The translations under genes were made by a program, and so were the position numbers. A DNA stretch of 64,000 nt from Chrysomallon squamiferum (Eukaryota; Animalia; Mollusca), in the NCBI GenBank assembly GCA_012295275.1, contig CM022679.1, forward strand, positions 19,778,001 through 19,842,000, read 5' to 3'. Positions 1-14,605 of the stretch are shown here, piece after piece. The notes beneath the pieces are model-generated. The model saw only the letters and a list, made by a program, of their open reading frames with translations. It made no database searches and was not told the origin of the DNA. Position 1 is the first letter of the stretch, and the number at the start of each line of letters is the position of its first letter.

Positions 1-998
1 TTTATAAATTGTTGGTAATAATTGTGTTGAGGATACAGGTTACATATAAATAAAATAATGAAATAGGCGTAAATACAAAAATAATTTAATCAAAAAAAAA
101 AAAATAATAAAAAATAATAAAATGCAAAATAAAATTTAAAAACAACAACAACAACAACAACAATAATAATAATAATAATAATAATAATACATGAATGAAT
201 GAAGGAAGGAATGAAGGAATGAATAAACAAATAAATAAATAAAATAAACAGAAAATATATAACTGGAAAAGAAATATAATTTTTGTGTGATGTTTTTGCT
301 GCAATAGAAATATTTACCACAGTATTCATCTGTCTGTGTGTATTTAATTAAACAGTACAACTTCACTATAATCGCGTTGCACATTTTTATTTATAGTCTT
401 ATTTATTTTTATTAATATCCCGCGAGCAATGTTTATATAGGGTTTTCTATCAGTAGTATTCATCTGCTGGGTGTATACATATACTGTTTTGATTCGAATA
501 AAAAAAATCAGGAAAAGAACAGACATTTTTTTGTATGTTGTGTTATTGTTTAATTAATAATTCCTATTATTTATTTATTTATTTTCTAATTAAAAAAAAA
601 AAATCGTTTATATATTATATTTTTAAAATTCTTGTTATTATATAATAATTATAGATGTTTATTTGTTATATCATTTTATTTTATTTTAAGAAATGTATTA
701 TTAAATTCTAAAATTATTTATTTATTTATTTATTTATTATTTCACAATATATTTTTTTTAATTTTTTAATTATTGTAATTTTTATTTACTTATTTATTTA
801 TTTTAATAAAAACGACCTTTAATTTACTTTTTTCTTAATTAATAATGCATTTTGTTTGTATTTATCAAAATAACATGAAATTAATGAAATTAATGTTATA
901 TTTCTTATGCTTTAAAAAGATTAAAAATAATAATGAATAAATAATTGTGTGTGTGTGTGTCGGCAAAGGTTTTTACCATTTACATATCCAATTTTAAG

Positions 999-2711
999 GA
1001 GCCACTCTGGGAATCATTCTGGGATGTACAGCAGCTGTACTCTTGGTCGTCATTGTTATCATTGTAATCTGCAAGTTGAGACAAAGACACAAGAAATACA
1101 ACCCATCGTTTGACGAAGCCAGTGATGAAAGCTTTACCAAGTCTGCTCCTAACTCTAGGTAAAGTAGTGGACAGAAGAGAGTCTGAATGGGTATATATGT
1201 TGTGATGGGGGTGTGGATAATGCGATGGGTGTATGGATATTGTGATGGATGTATGGATGATATGAGGAGTGTATGGATGATGGGATAGGTGTATGCATGA
1301 AGTGATGGGTGTATGGATGATATGATGGATGTCTGGATGATATGATGGGTGTATGGATGATGTGATGGGTGTATGGATAATATGGTGTAAAGATGATATG
1401 ATGGATGTATGAATGATATTATGGTTGTATGGATGATGTGATGGTTGTATGGATGATGTGATGGGTGTATGGATGATACGATGGGTGTATGGATGATACG
1501 ATGGGTGTATATATGATATGATGGATGTATGGATGATATGATGGTGTAAAGATGATATGATGCATGTATGGATGATATTATGGTTGTATGGATGATGCGA
1601 TGGAAGTATGGATGATATGCTGAGTGTATGGATGATGGGATAGGTGTATGCATGATGTGATGGGCGTATGGATGTTGTGCTGAATATATAGATGATATAA
1701 TGGATGTATGGATGATATGATGGATGTATGGATGATATGATGGATGTATGGATGATGTGATGGGTGTATGGATGATATGATGGGTGTATGGATGATGTGA
1801 TAAGTGTATGGATGTTTTGATGGGTGTATGGATGTTATGATGGTGTATAGATGATGTGATGAGTGTATGGATGATTAGATTGGTGTATGGTTGAGGTGAT
1901 GGCTGTATGGATCATGTGATGGGTGTATTGATGACGTGATAAGTGTATGCATGACGTGATGGGTATATGGATGATATGATGGATGTATGGATGATATGAT
2001 GGGTGTATGGATGATGTAATGGGTGTATGGATGATGTGATAAATGTATGGATGATGTGATAAGTGTTTGGATGATGTGATGATGTATGGATGATGTGATG
2101 GATGTATGGATGATGAGATGGATGTTTGGATGATGTGATGGGTGTATGGATGTTATGATGGGTGTATGGATGATGAGATTGGTGTATGGATGATATGATG
2201 GGTGTATGGATGATATGATGGGTGTATGGATGATGTGATAAGTGTATGGATGATGTGATGGGTGTATGAATGATGTGATGGGTGTATGGATGATGAGATT
2301 GGTGTATGGATGATGGATGTATGGATGATATGATGGGTGTATGGATGATGAGATTGGTGTATGGATGATATGATGGGTGTGGGTGAGGTGATGGCTGTAT
2401 GGATGATGTGATAGGTGTATGGATGATGTGATAAGTGTATGGATGATGTGATGGGTGTATGGATGATATGATGGGTGTATGGATGATGTGGTGGGTGTAT
2501 GGATGATATGATATGTTTATGGATGTTGTGATGGGTGTATGGATGTTATGATGGGTGTATGGATGAAAACATGGATGTATGGATGATGAGATGGGTGTAT
2601 GGATGATATGATGGGTGTATGGATGATGTAATGGCTGTATGGATCATGTGATGGGTGTATGGATGATATAATTATTATTTATTTATTTATTTACTCTTTT
2701 TATTTATTTTT

Positions 2712-2758
<47 letters not shown>

Positions 2759-5700
2759 ATTAATTTTTTTTTTGTACAGGAGCTGTTCACCTCACTTTTT
2801 CAAAAGACGATCATGTCCAGAAGTCTTTGCTGCCAGCAAGCACAGTGATTCCATGGTGCGTTCTATGACTATGGAGGGAATACCCATTTTCACTCTCCCA
2901 CCTGAGCGAATCCAGCCCACTGAAAGACAGCATGGTACAAATCTGACAGCACAGTACCAGCAGAGTCTGCTAGGTTCAGTGCAACCAGATCTCTACAGGT
3001 AACAGCTGTTTGATTTTGTATGATTACCATCTCCAACATTTTACTCTCTTTGAAATTACCATTTATTAGTTCTATTGTTACCATATCATTACCATCATCA
3101 CAATCAGCATTATAATAACCTTACTAAAACATGATTAAAATGTTATTATTGTTGTTGCTTTTATTGTTAATAATTTTGTTGTTGTTACTACTGTTATTGT
3201 TGTTGCTGTTGTAATTATTGTTACTATTTTTGTTGTTGCTGTTGTTGTTGTTTATTGTTGTTATTATTGTTGTTGTTGTAATTGTTATTGTTGCTACTGT
3301 TATTGTTGATGCTATTGTAATTATTGTTATTGTTATTAGTATTACTGTTACTGCTGTTGTTGTTTGTTGTCACTGTTGTTGTTATTCATATTGTTATTAT
3401 TATTATTATTATTATTATTGTTATTATCCCTTGATGGACAAAAAAATCAAAGAAATAAAATAATAAAATAAGCTTTATTATTTTTGTGTGGTTTAGACAT
3501 CACAGCTGTTCAGAAGATGAGGAGTGCAGTCTGCCTCCTACGACTCACGGACGTCTGTGGTACTCGCTGCTGTACGATGCTGCTGTAGAAGAGCTCAGTG
3601 TCACTCTGATCAAAGTCAAAGATTTGCCAGGTAATGTAGCTCACCTGTCCAGGTAATGCAGCTCACCTGTCCAGGTAATGTAGCTCACCTATCCACACTC
3701 TGCATAATCAGTATTTGGTCACAGTTCTGCAGAACGAGCAAACAGTTTCTCATAGAATGTTGTGGCATGTTATTACATGTATATAGTAACAAATACATGA
3801 AAGTTCCATCTCTGTATGACAGCATATTTCAGTGTGACAGCACATACAATAAATATTTAAATTTTTTAATTTACAACATACAAAAATTATTAGTATGCAT
3901 TCATTTTCAGTTAACTGGAATTTTAAAGCAGTACATGTTTCTTCTTACCATCTGCATGAATAATTGTGTTATGTAATATTTTCTAGGGAGAGGAAAGATG
4001 AAACTAGCACGTGATCCTTTTGTCAAAGTTTTTTTACTTCCTGATGAAAAGATGTGTCGTATCTCCAAAGTGAGGAAGAAAACACTGTCCCCAATATTCA
4101 ATGAAACTTTTGTGTTTCAGGTCAGTTGTAATTTAAATATATTAATATGTTGTTATTGACATATTTTATTTATGACTGAATTAAATAAAAGATTACCTAA
4201 ATTTCATTTCTAAAGAAAATGAAATTATATATGATGGGCAAACAAGTAACATAAATAATTCTAATGCAAATTATTTCTGTTTGACTCTTTAAATTGCAGG
4301 TCACCAGCCTTTGCTAATAATGAAGTAAAGCAAACCCATGGTGATGCACATAGCTTTCCATTTTCTTTTTCTAATGACATTAAAACACAGAAATATATAT
4401 AAATGAATCTGATTTGATATTCTAAATAAAAAAAAAAATTATATTATACAAAAAAGAAAGAAAAGAAAAGAAAAACTCCCCCAGAAAATGCTGGCATTCA
4501 TAGGTTTATTTATTCATAGTTAGACTATATTATTAAGAACGTTTTTTAAAGAATAAAGTTTTAATCTTAAACAAGATTTAATTTAAATTGTTTTCTGGAG
4601 GTAGGTTTCTGCAGCAGACATCCCCAAACGTATTTTACGATTCTCTGTGTATGACGTTGACAAGAGGCGAGTTCGTCATTCACTAGGTCACGTGATGGTT
4701 TCTTTAAGAGACTGCGATTTAACAAAAGGAGAAACTATGTGGAGTGATTTGGAACCTATGGCTCATGTAATGTATATTTGTGATTCAATGAATATTTTTG
4801 AAAATGTAATTTCTGTTACCATTAAAGGTAAAACATCAGAAAAATGTTTGTAACTAACAAAATAAAAAAATTATAAAAATTAAAATAATTACATGAAATA
4901 ACAATGTCTAATTATTATAGATTTAATATTTAAACCATGTTTCTACTCTTTAAAAAAAAGAAATAAATGAAATTCAGCATTCTACAATTTGCTTTTATTA
5001 TTTATTATTATAATATTATTCAGGAAATTTAAATTTCATTTACTGTATAAAAATGACAGTGTGTGTGTGTTAAATTTGCAGACCACTCACTCATTAGGTG
5101 AAATACTGTTTAGCTTGACCTACTTGCCTAATTCTGACAAAATCAAAGTTGTCATCATAAAAGCCAGAAACCTCAGACAGTTTGACTTTGATGGAGACAC
5201 AGGTAATTTACTGAAAACATATTACACTCTTGTTTTATATATATATGTAATGAACATGTACCTATAACACCCACACACACACACACACACACAAACATAC
5301 ACATACACACACAACCATACACATAGAGGTAATAATATAATAATATACATTACAATACATCAAATATTATCTCTGTTCTAGTTACATTCACATATATATA
5401 AAATATACATAGAAAAAATGTGCCATAAAAATGTTATCGATCGTAAATACAGTTGGAAAAGTAAATTCAAAACAGTTAAAAATTATTAAAATATATTTAA
5501 TAACAAAATGGTTGCTGTTGTTGATACTGATTATTTATATTACTACATTCTATTTACTAACACAGTAGTTTCTGTTGTTATTGTTACTGAATATTGATAT
5601 CACTGAAAGATAAGATGGTGTTGTTAAGATGGCTCTGTTTTCACCAGGCATGTATGTTCGAGTTCAACATTACTATGGACGTAAGAGTCACAAGACAAAG

Positions 5701-5991
5701 AAAACAGCTGTACAGTTTGGATCCCCTGAACCTGACTTCAACGAGTCATTTGCCTTTCACATCGCTGGACGTCAGCTGGAACAAAGCAGCATCATCATAT
5801 CTCTGATGAAAACAGTCTCTAACGGCCGTTTCAGATATGATGAGGAGTATGGAAGGGTGGTAGTAGGGTCTTTCATGGTTGCCAGAGGGGAGGAGCTGAT
5901 GCACTGGCAGGAGGTGTTGTCCCAGCCTCGGACTCCTATCAGTAAATGGCATGCACTGACAAGTTTGATAACTTCCAGTTCTTCCGATTAA
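999..5991 (+). CDS. SYT15: Synaptotagmin-15-like (TM + C2A + C2B), 7 coding exons seen; start codon exon not located
   Basis: Exons 999-1158 (TM: [25 protein letters not shown]), 2780-2998, 3497-3630 ([10 protein letters not shown]), 3987-4120 ([20 protein letters not shown]), 4605-4766 ([18 protein letters not shown]), 5082-5202, 5648-5991 ([30 protein letters not shown], stop TAA). All introns GT-AG with consistent phases. Motifs match vertebrate SYT15 as recalled. Confidence 0.85.
1195..2670. repeat. Intronic minisatellite, ~20-bp unit (gatgatgtgatgggtgtatg), roughly 70 degenerate copies
   Basis: Directly visible periodicity in the intron after the SYT15 TM exon; it generates the spurious His/Ile-rich ORF 994-1653(-). 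Confidence 0.95.
3627..3692 (+). repeat. 3 x 22-bp tandem repeat containing the SYT15 splice donor (ccag|gtaatg)
   Basis: ccaggtaatgtagctcacctgt / ccaggtaatgcagctcacctgt / ccaggtaatgtagctcacctat. Confidence 0.9.
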
Positions 5992-6979
5992 AATGGAGTG
6001 AATTTTTACACATATTTCAGTAAATAGTAAAACAGGAATTTAATACAGTATAAACATATTTATGATGGAAATAAATTCGTAGATATAAATTCATATCAAG
6101 GTGAATAAAACCTTGCAGAAATTTATATTATAAATTATAATGTTAAATTAATCAGTTTTATTTTTAAAATTATTATATTTCATTTAAAATGCATGCAAAA
6201 ATGAATGAAAGCAGTTTCTTATTAACACCATTTTACAAAAAGGACAGGTGAATGTTTTTGAAAACAGAATGATAATCATAAAAAATAAATAGGTAAATAA
6301 ATAAATAAATAAAATTATTTAAAATAATTTTAAGAAGTACTCATAATTATTAACTATTGAGAAGGGTATTTGATAAGTCTTTCTCAGATTAGCGTGTGAT
6401 GGGTTGTTTAGTAGATGTAAATAATGCCAGTCAGTAGTCAAGCTGTGTGGTGGATGTTACTTTAGACTTCAGCTTTAGTCAAGCAAGTTATTCAAGTAAG
6501 TTAAAATATTAAGTCATATTATCACATTATGTATGATCTATGTACAGCAGAAATATCCAATAATATAAGAGGACTTGTATACCTTAGTGGCATCATTCTA
6601 TTGGGAAATATAATGCCCTGGAATGTGTTTCAAATTTTTCTCTTCAAGAATTATATTTTTAGAATCACAATAATTTAACCACAAAGTCAGCTGTTGTATT
6701 TGAATTTTTTTTTATAATTGCTGAAATTCCTTTTATACATATTGGAAAATTTACTGAAATGTTTAGTTTTAATTCACATAAATTATGAGATCAACATATT
6801 TTTACATAAACACAATTCCTTCACCACTAACAGATCCAGATTTGTATTCACTGAATACCTTTATATCAATCTTTTCTACATTATCTGCATCACAGTGTTA
6901 AACAACTGATTTTAATTTATTTTTAATAATACTGTCATTACTGCTACTATGGTTGCTGCTACTATTCATGATGATAATA

Positions 6980-7030
<51 letters not shown>

Positions 7031-10000
7031 TGTATTTTCTTTTTTGATGCAGACAAAACATTGTTTCTCCCAAAACTATTTTACAGTAAATTTAATAATA
7101 ATATAATAAAATAATAAAAATGTGTACACACATAGACACATGAACATATATTTGTATGAATGAATATGTATGTGTGAGTGTGTGTGTGTTTTAAGACAAA
7201 AATTAAAATTTAAATACTAATATAAAATTTCTTTTTCACAAATTGATTATATTAATAATGGTAATAACGGCAACAATGAACTTTTTTTACAGAATTTTTT
7301 CTTCAGAAATCACTTTTAACAACAGTAATATTTTTGAGACCAAATATTTTTTGAATAATTTTTTGAAAATACTACTACTATTACTACTATTACTAGTCTA
7401 ATAATAATTATTATTAGAAAAAATATTACTGTTGTTGTTGTTGTTATAAATTTGTTTAAAATTTTTTGAATATAACAATATGTTATTATTCTTTTTAATG
7501 GATTTTTTTTGTTGTTGTTGCTTTGTTGTTGTTGGTTTTTTGTTTTTTTGTAATATAGTATTATGTGAAGAAGTTTTTTTTAACTTTCATAAATTGTTGT
7601 TAAGTTTAACCACCTTATTGTATTAATTTGAATCCTTCACATTAAACTCATTATTCTGACAAAAGAGACTAAAATGAGATAAAAAATTGTCATGCCTGTA
7701 CTTAAAAAAACCTTATCCCGTACTGAAAAATGTCTTCTGATAGACATGAGATCAAAACCAGCCACAGTTTAGATTTCATTGCTCCCTCTTTTCTTTTAAC
7801 AAAAATAAAATTTTCAGAATTAGTTTTTAACAAAATTAGTGTATAAAACATTGTTTTCTCTCTTGTAAAACATTATATGAAATATTTTCTTTAAAATAGA
7901 TGTCTTTACATCTGTCTCACAGTGCCACAATTCATCATTCTTCATTATTCATTTTTCTTTGGATTTGTTGGCTGCTTAGTCTTATCATTATTTTTTTAAA
8001 GTAATAATAATGAATTTTAAAATGTATTAAAAAATAAATTATAGAAACCTTTTATTGCAGTTTATGCATTTGTATATTAAAGTCAAATTAGAATTCATAC
8101 ATGTACACATTTTTATTTTAAATGTTTAAATGTGTTTACAGAAGATAAAAAAAGTACACTGTACAAAGAGTAGCATTAATTCTTTAATTAGCCCGGTAAT
8201 TTTATTACTATGTAGCAACTTTTACATTATTTTAACTGTTTAGAAATTTCATTCATGTTAAAAGATATTGTTGTTATTCAATAATAATAATAATAATAAG
8301 TACAATTATTAGTAACTTAATATGAAAACATCAAAGTACAGTGAAAGATTTTCACAAGAAATATTTAGTATAGCTAATGTAATTTTTTTTTTTTTTTAAA
8401 TCTTTATTGTTAAATTTAAAATATTTGCTTGTTCTTATAACTGTGATAATTTTCAACTGATTGTAAAGTATCTGCATAATTAATATCTGCACAAATGTAT
8501 TTTTTTATGTCAGACTTAGGAAATAAACAGTTCATTCTGTATACAGCATAACTAAGAATCAGAAATTTATAATCTGTAAATATGCACATATTATCAGGGA
8601 TATTCCCAGAAATTCACCAAAATTTACACTGTTTTAATTTCTGGGGTTTTTTGTCAAAAGAAAAATAAATATTTTCACTAAATGTAATTTGTTGTTGTAT
8701 TTTATTTTCACTATAAAACATTTGTTCACCAGGTTTTATTAAGAAAATATAAAGCATGACAACATCTATCACACACATTACAATTCTGTTTCCAAAAATT
8801 ATGCATATATTTGAAAACACATACACACATTTCTCTCTTTATTTTGAGATTTTACATTTGTTGTTCAAATTCGATGTTTGCTGACTAAACAAATTAATAT
8901 GATCAGGTTTTATATAACATGTATTTGTTTTTAACTAAATCAGTTTTAACTTGTTTTTCTTAAATCATTTAATAATTTTATTGTTATATGATATAGCAGT
9001 GATGTACTAATACTAAGCAATATTGATTGCTTTTAGAGCTCTAACAAATGTTTATATTTTGTGGTTTTAAGTGAGAAGAAGACAAAATGTACAGGCTGGT
9101 TGGCTTTGGAGATTATTTCAAATAATAAAGGCTTTATTGTGCCCAACCTGGCTTTAGGTATCACTAAAACACTGTCTCAGCATGTTTCTTGTTATTTTAT
9201 TTTAATTTAAATAATTCATGTCTGAAAAACTTTATTTTCTAACTAACATATTTAATGGTTATTATTTTTATTTTATTTATTATTGAAACATGGTGTTTTC
9301 AGTGTCTAGAATAATGTCAACTCTGATGAGAAAATATGCAAAGACATTCAATTTTTTTAAATTCTTGATCTTTAGTTTGAATAAAAATATTATTAGGTAA
9401 TGAATAGGGTATGTTAATATTTATGTAATACAAATTTAGAAATAACAAGTGTATTGCTTTAGTGCAATGAATATTTTGTAATCTTTTTATAATTAAGTAT
9501 AATATATATATATATTTTTTTTTATTTAAAGTATATTTTCTTGTTAAGTATGACTAGAACAATCTTGAAATTTAGACACAATAACCAAATTAAAAAAGAA
9601 TAATAAAAAAAAAATAAAAAATAAAATATATATGAACTGAAATTAAGTTTCATTTACCTTGTTTTTATTAGGTTAAATACATAAAATATTAGTTTTAATT
9701 GCCAGTAAACAAAAACAAATAAGAATTTATTTATTACTTTCCAACAAATGAACAAATACTAACAAAGTGTTTGGAAAAATTATATTCTAAAACAAAATAT
9801 AGATAGAATCATTATGTTAATAAAGATTTAATTATAAAAGCATTAATTAGATTTAATGAAATGCTAGTCACAACAGACTTTTTTAATTTACAAAAAGACT
9901 TTTATTTCACAATCATAATATATGTCACAAAACAAACAGACAAAGTAAATAATTAGGAATTGTAAATATAATTTTAATAAAACAACCTTACAAAAATATA

Positions 10001-10063
10001 TTGGTTAATACACAATTTGTTGAACATCAAGTAAAATCAGTTTACAAACAATGCAGAGTGGGA

Positions 10064-10232
10064 TACCAGGGGCAGATTATGAGGGGTTTCACAGCTGCAC
10101 AGAACCCACCTAGCTAATGAATGAAATGGATGCCAGGGGCAGATTATGAGGGTTTCACAGTTTGGTTTGAAATGATGCAGATTATGAGGGTTTCGACATG
10201 ACAGAACCCAAGCTAATGAATGCAAAAATGGA
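10064..10232. repeat. Short degenerate tandem duplication (gcagattatgagggtttc core x3)
   Basis: Core recurs near 10072, 10139 and 10177; acagaaccca..agctaatgaatg recurs twice. Confidence 0.7.
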
Positions 10233-10430
10233 AAGAAATTTTGTTTTGGAATCAACCCAACCTTGGCAAATCTAAAGACATTTTGTTTTAATCACAACCC
10301 CTGTATATAGTGTTATAAAATGATTTAAATACAAGTATTTTACAAATTTACATATATACAAAACATTTTTTTGAATGAGGTGTGGAACTGATATTAATAA
10401 AATAAATATTGGTATCAATGTACTGATTAA

Positions 10431-10479
<49 letters not shown>

Positions 10480-12601
10480 TTCTAGAATTTTTCACAACTT
10501 TCTATTTAATGATGAAACTAATGTCCTCAAATATATTCTATGGTTCAGACTAACATTTTGTTTACTTTTTGATATTTGTAAATAAAATGTTAAAATATAA
10601 AATTGTAAGTTCTAAATGATTGTGGTGCGATGATAATGATATTATTAATTAATATTTAATAACTAACTTGTTTTTAGTATAACATAAAAGTAATTAACTA
10701 TAAGGATTCTCACAGTTTTAGCTAGCTTGAGGTAGGATAAACAATAACAGCTGTCACAACATCTTTATTATCTTAATTCATTAACAACACCTGTCAACTA
10801 ATATTCCTTGACTTCAAACAGTTTTCTTTCTTTCACAGCTCTTGCAGATAAACATTACACAGTTCATGTGTATGTTATTACAGCACCTTTCTTTATTATT
10901 AACAAAGATTCTTTGTCCAGTGTCTGAGACACATCTTCCAGAAATGACCCTGCTGAAGATACTTGTCCACTGGGAAAGAAATTTGACAAAATCTTGTATT
11001 AACAGATCTGTTCTGAAATGAAAAATATTGTAAGTAATATTATTGCTTTCACAAGAGTGATATATCAAAATAAACATTTTCCTGTTGAATTTTCTTTCTT
11101 TTATCTGCATCAATATGAGTGTATGTTAATGTAATAAAAATTAATTAATTATAATAATAATGATGATTATGGTGAAGATGATGGTTATAATGATGATGAT
11201 ACTGATGATAATAACAAATAATTTACAGCCAGAAATAATATTTTTGAGTTTTCTTTTTTGTTTCTTTATTTATAAGTCTCAAGTGGCCTTTAATGACAAA
11301 ACAATATATATATATATAAATATTTTCATTTAACAGTGTTTCAGTAAAGTTATTTAAGTTCTTTAATAATATGGGCTGAAACAGAATTATATTATCAAGC
11401 TGTGCAGTTAAGCAGCATGTTTGGCATTTAAAATAGTACTGTGTCACCTGCTATACTATTTGTATCTTCAAAGTGACAAGTCACTCAATCATCTGATGCA
11501 TTGTCAGTCACTGTTGGATGTTAATGTGCAATGTTTCCTAACTTTACTAATCTGTTGTGTTACATTAGCAGGAAGTTACTTCAGTAATAAGTAAACAAAA
11601 TAAATAAAAGTATATATATATATATAAATATATACTTTTTTTAAATATGATATTGAAAAAACATTAGTGTATCAGAAAATTGATGATACAATATATTAAC
11701 ATGAATTATTGGCTGTGTTTAATACATACATGTATAGTATAAATGTTATTTTTTATCTGTTTTAAGTGTTTCTCCTCCACATAATATCAAAATAATATTT
11801 TCTCTTTATAAAAATATAAACCAAAAAACTCTCTCTCTCTCAATAATTTTGAAAGTTTTAAATAAATTATTATAGAAATGAAAGTAATAAAATTCTGATG
11901 AGCCAGTTGAATGAAATATATTTATGAAATAAAATTTAAAAACCAAATGCTTTTTGTTTTTTTTCTTCTTTTTTTAACAGCATAATTCACTTACCTTTAA
12001 TATAACACCCTATGTAAGCAGTAAAAAAAAAAGAGAAAAAAAAAGAAAGAAATAAGAAAAAATAAGATATAAAATTATAATCAGGCTTTTCATTTAAAAA
12101 AATGAATACATTCAGGCAAAAGGTTAATACAGTTAAACCTCGTTATAATACCAACATCACTGCTCATCTGACTGTAACAAGTGTTCTGAGATTATGAATT
12201 ACTATATGCACCAACTTCAGTACTGACCCCAAACCACCCCAGATCTTGCCCAACTGATTTACATCACCATTTCTTGAAAACAAATATAATGTATGTTTGT
12301 TTTGAAGTCACTGATATCAAGGAATAAATATGATATCCTGTGTTGTTTTCAAATAAAAAACTGAAGAAAGGACACAGGTGGGATTGTTTATTTACTGAAG
12401 TATTTGATGGAATGTCATTTGGTTCAAAATAATAAAACTATTAGGAAGGAATAAAAACTTACACACATATATATACATACACATGTATAAATAATTATAA
12501 ATATGTTAAATATTGCATAAATCAATTAGAAAAATCAAAAGTTTTAACTTATTTTATAACAATATTATCCTGCATTAATATCTTTTTATGTTTAAAATTT
12601 C

Positions 12602-14542
12602 TTACTTTGACATTTTTGTTGTTCTAAGAAATGACTTTGGATTAAAGTCAGCAGATTCCTCTCTCACTTCAGCATCTTCATCTGTGCTAGAAAACAGTTG
12701 TTTATAGATTAATGTATGGGTTCATATTGGACAGATATATTATTCTAATGAAATAAAACTCATAATTTACTAAATGTGTAACAAGAGGTGATACTGATAG
12801 AGGCTAAATTTAACCTAGGCACACCTTAAATTTTTTATTTAGTGTCCAGGGCACATGTCCAACATTATCAGTATTTTTGTTTTAAAATGAAAGCAGTTTT
12901 TCTTAAATGTTACATCTAATACAATAATTAGAAAAACTCCACTTAGTAAAATCATGGTCCTCTCTGGGTTTTGTCATAAATTAAAATAACAGATGAAATC
13001 AGGTAATACTCCCTAAATTGTCATTTCAGATTGGTTCTATTATAATTACATTTATCAGTTTTGTGCATTCAGCTTTTCCAACAGATTCTACTATAAAATA
13101 AGTAGTAAGAAATAAATTTTGTAAAATTACTCACACATCAAGTACTTCAGCATTATCAGAATCCACATTGGTTTCATTGAAACCTTCATCAGTTCCTGCA
13201 TCTTGCTCTATCTTCAAGTGTGTCAGTCTTTTCCTTGCTTTCTGTGCTTGTATTTGATGAAGTAGATAAGCTTCATGTCTGAAATAAAAACAGTTATAAA
13301 GCTTATAACATCACAAATCCAGGTTTACTAACATACCAATTGTAACATAAAATAGGAAAGGCTTATTGGAAGAAAAAAATTGGAAGAAAAAATCATTAAT
13401 TATAATCCTATGCTGAAAGGTATTTTCATAATTTGGTGATTTTAAAAATCTTATAATTTTATTATATTTTTTAATAAAATGAATTTTGTTCATGTTTCTA
13501 CAAAATATATGAAAACATATTGCATCATTTATCATTTAATGGTTAGGAAATGTGATTACTTCTTCCATATTCGTATTATAGCAATGATGGCAGCAATGGA
13601 TCCAATGAACATGATACCAGCAATCACCAGGATAGCAATCTCTGCTTTACTGATTGTGTAAGCCTGTCTCATTCTCACTCCTGAGGTGACTGTCACCCTC
13701 ACAGGAGGAGGTGTGGTTGGTGAATGTACCTTAAACACGTCATAATTGTTGAAAATACTCTTTATTTCATCTGCTTTGTCCTTTGATCTTCTGAAATAAT
13801 AAATAAAAAGAACATACCTTATCGTTCACTGATATTGTCTCAGAATAAAATAACTAAGCTTTTATCTGATTAGAACTTTTAATACTCACAGAGTATATTA
13901 GATAACTATGCTGCTCTGCAAGATAATATTGTTATGCAAGAATATTTCTTATTCAGAGAAATATTTCAAAAGTATTCTTATTTATGTGTGACTAAAAACT
14001 GAAAAAAATGTTTAAATTAATTTTAAGATTTCTGATTATAACTAATAATCAGACATACTTAACAAAGTCTTCATAAGTGATGGGCTTCCCTGTCTGCACA
14101 TTAAAAGCATGAAGACTGAGATCAGTCCTGAAAGAAAAAAACAGAAAACTGGGTTTTAAAATCACTCTGACAACTTAACAGTAAAAAAAAAAAAAAAAAA
14201 AAATACCTAAAACACAAGATGACCAAACCATGCATATAAGCATTTTATTATAAAATATTAATTGACAAAACGTAAACTAAAAAACAGATTTCAGGAAAAA
14301 TAACACAATTTATATGTTTAGGATTTATTTGTCCTTTTTTTTTTTAATTGTAGATTTTAAGAAATAAAAGGAACACATATTTAATTTATTAGAAAATCTT
14401 CAAACTAATTACTGTACATGGTTACCAGTCAAAGCTTCTGTTGCTTGTTACAAAGTGAGGAAAGCTTTCTTCCAGCTGTACTTCAAATCCTAGTATGCTA
14501 CTCAGATTTCTGAAATACATATACATTTTAAAACATAACCTA

Positions 14543-14605
<63 letters not shown>

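Noticed and set aside
86-526. Low-complexity ORFs here and at 3218, 23389, 27225-27640, 29018-29241, 38319, 46934, 47222
   Set aside because: Translations of microsatellites and trinucleotide tracts.
994-1653. 219-aa His/Ile-rich minus-strand ORF
   Set aside because: Translation of the minisatellite plus the antisense of the SYT15 TM exon.
11606-11642. Hairpin aaaagtatatata..tatatactttt
   Set aside because: Self-complementarity of a (TA)n tract.
6000-12500. Additional gene between SYT15-like and the cadherin
   Set aside because: No chain of phase-consistent exons or protein motif; consistent with convergent 3'UTRs and intergenic DNA.
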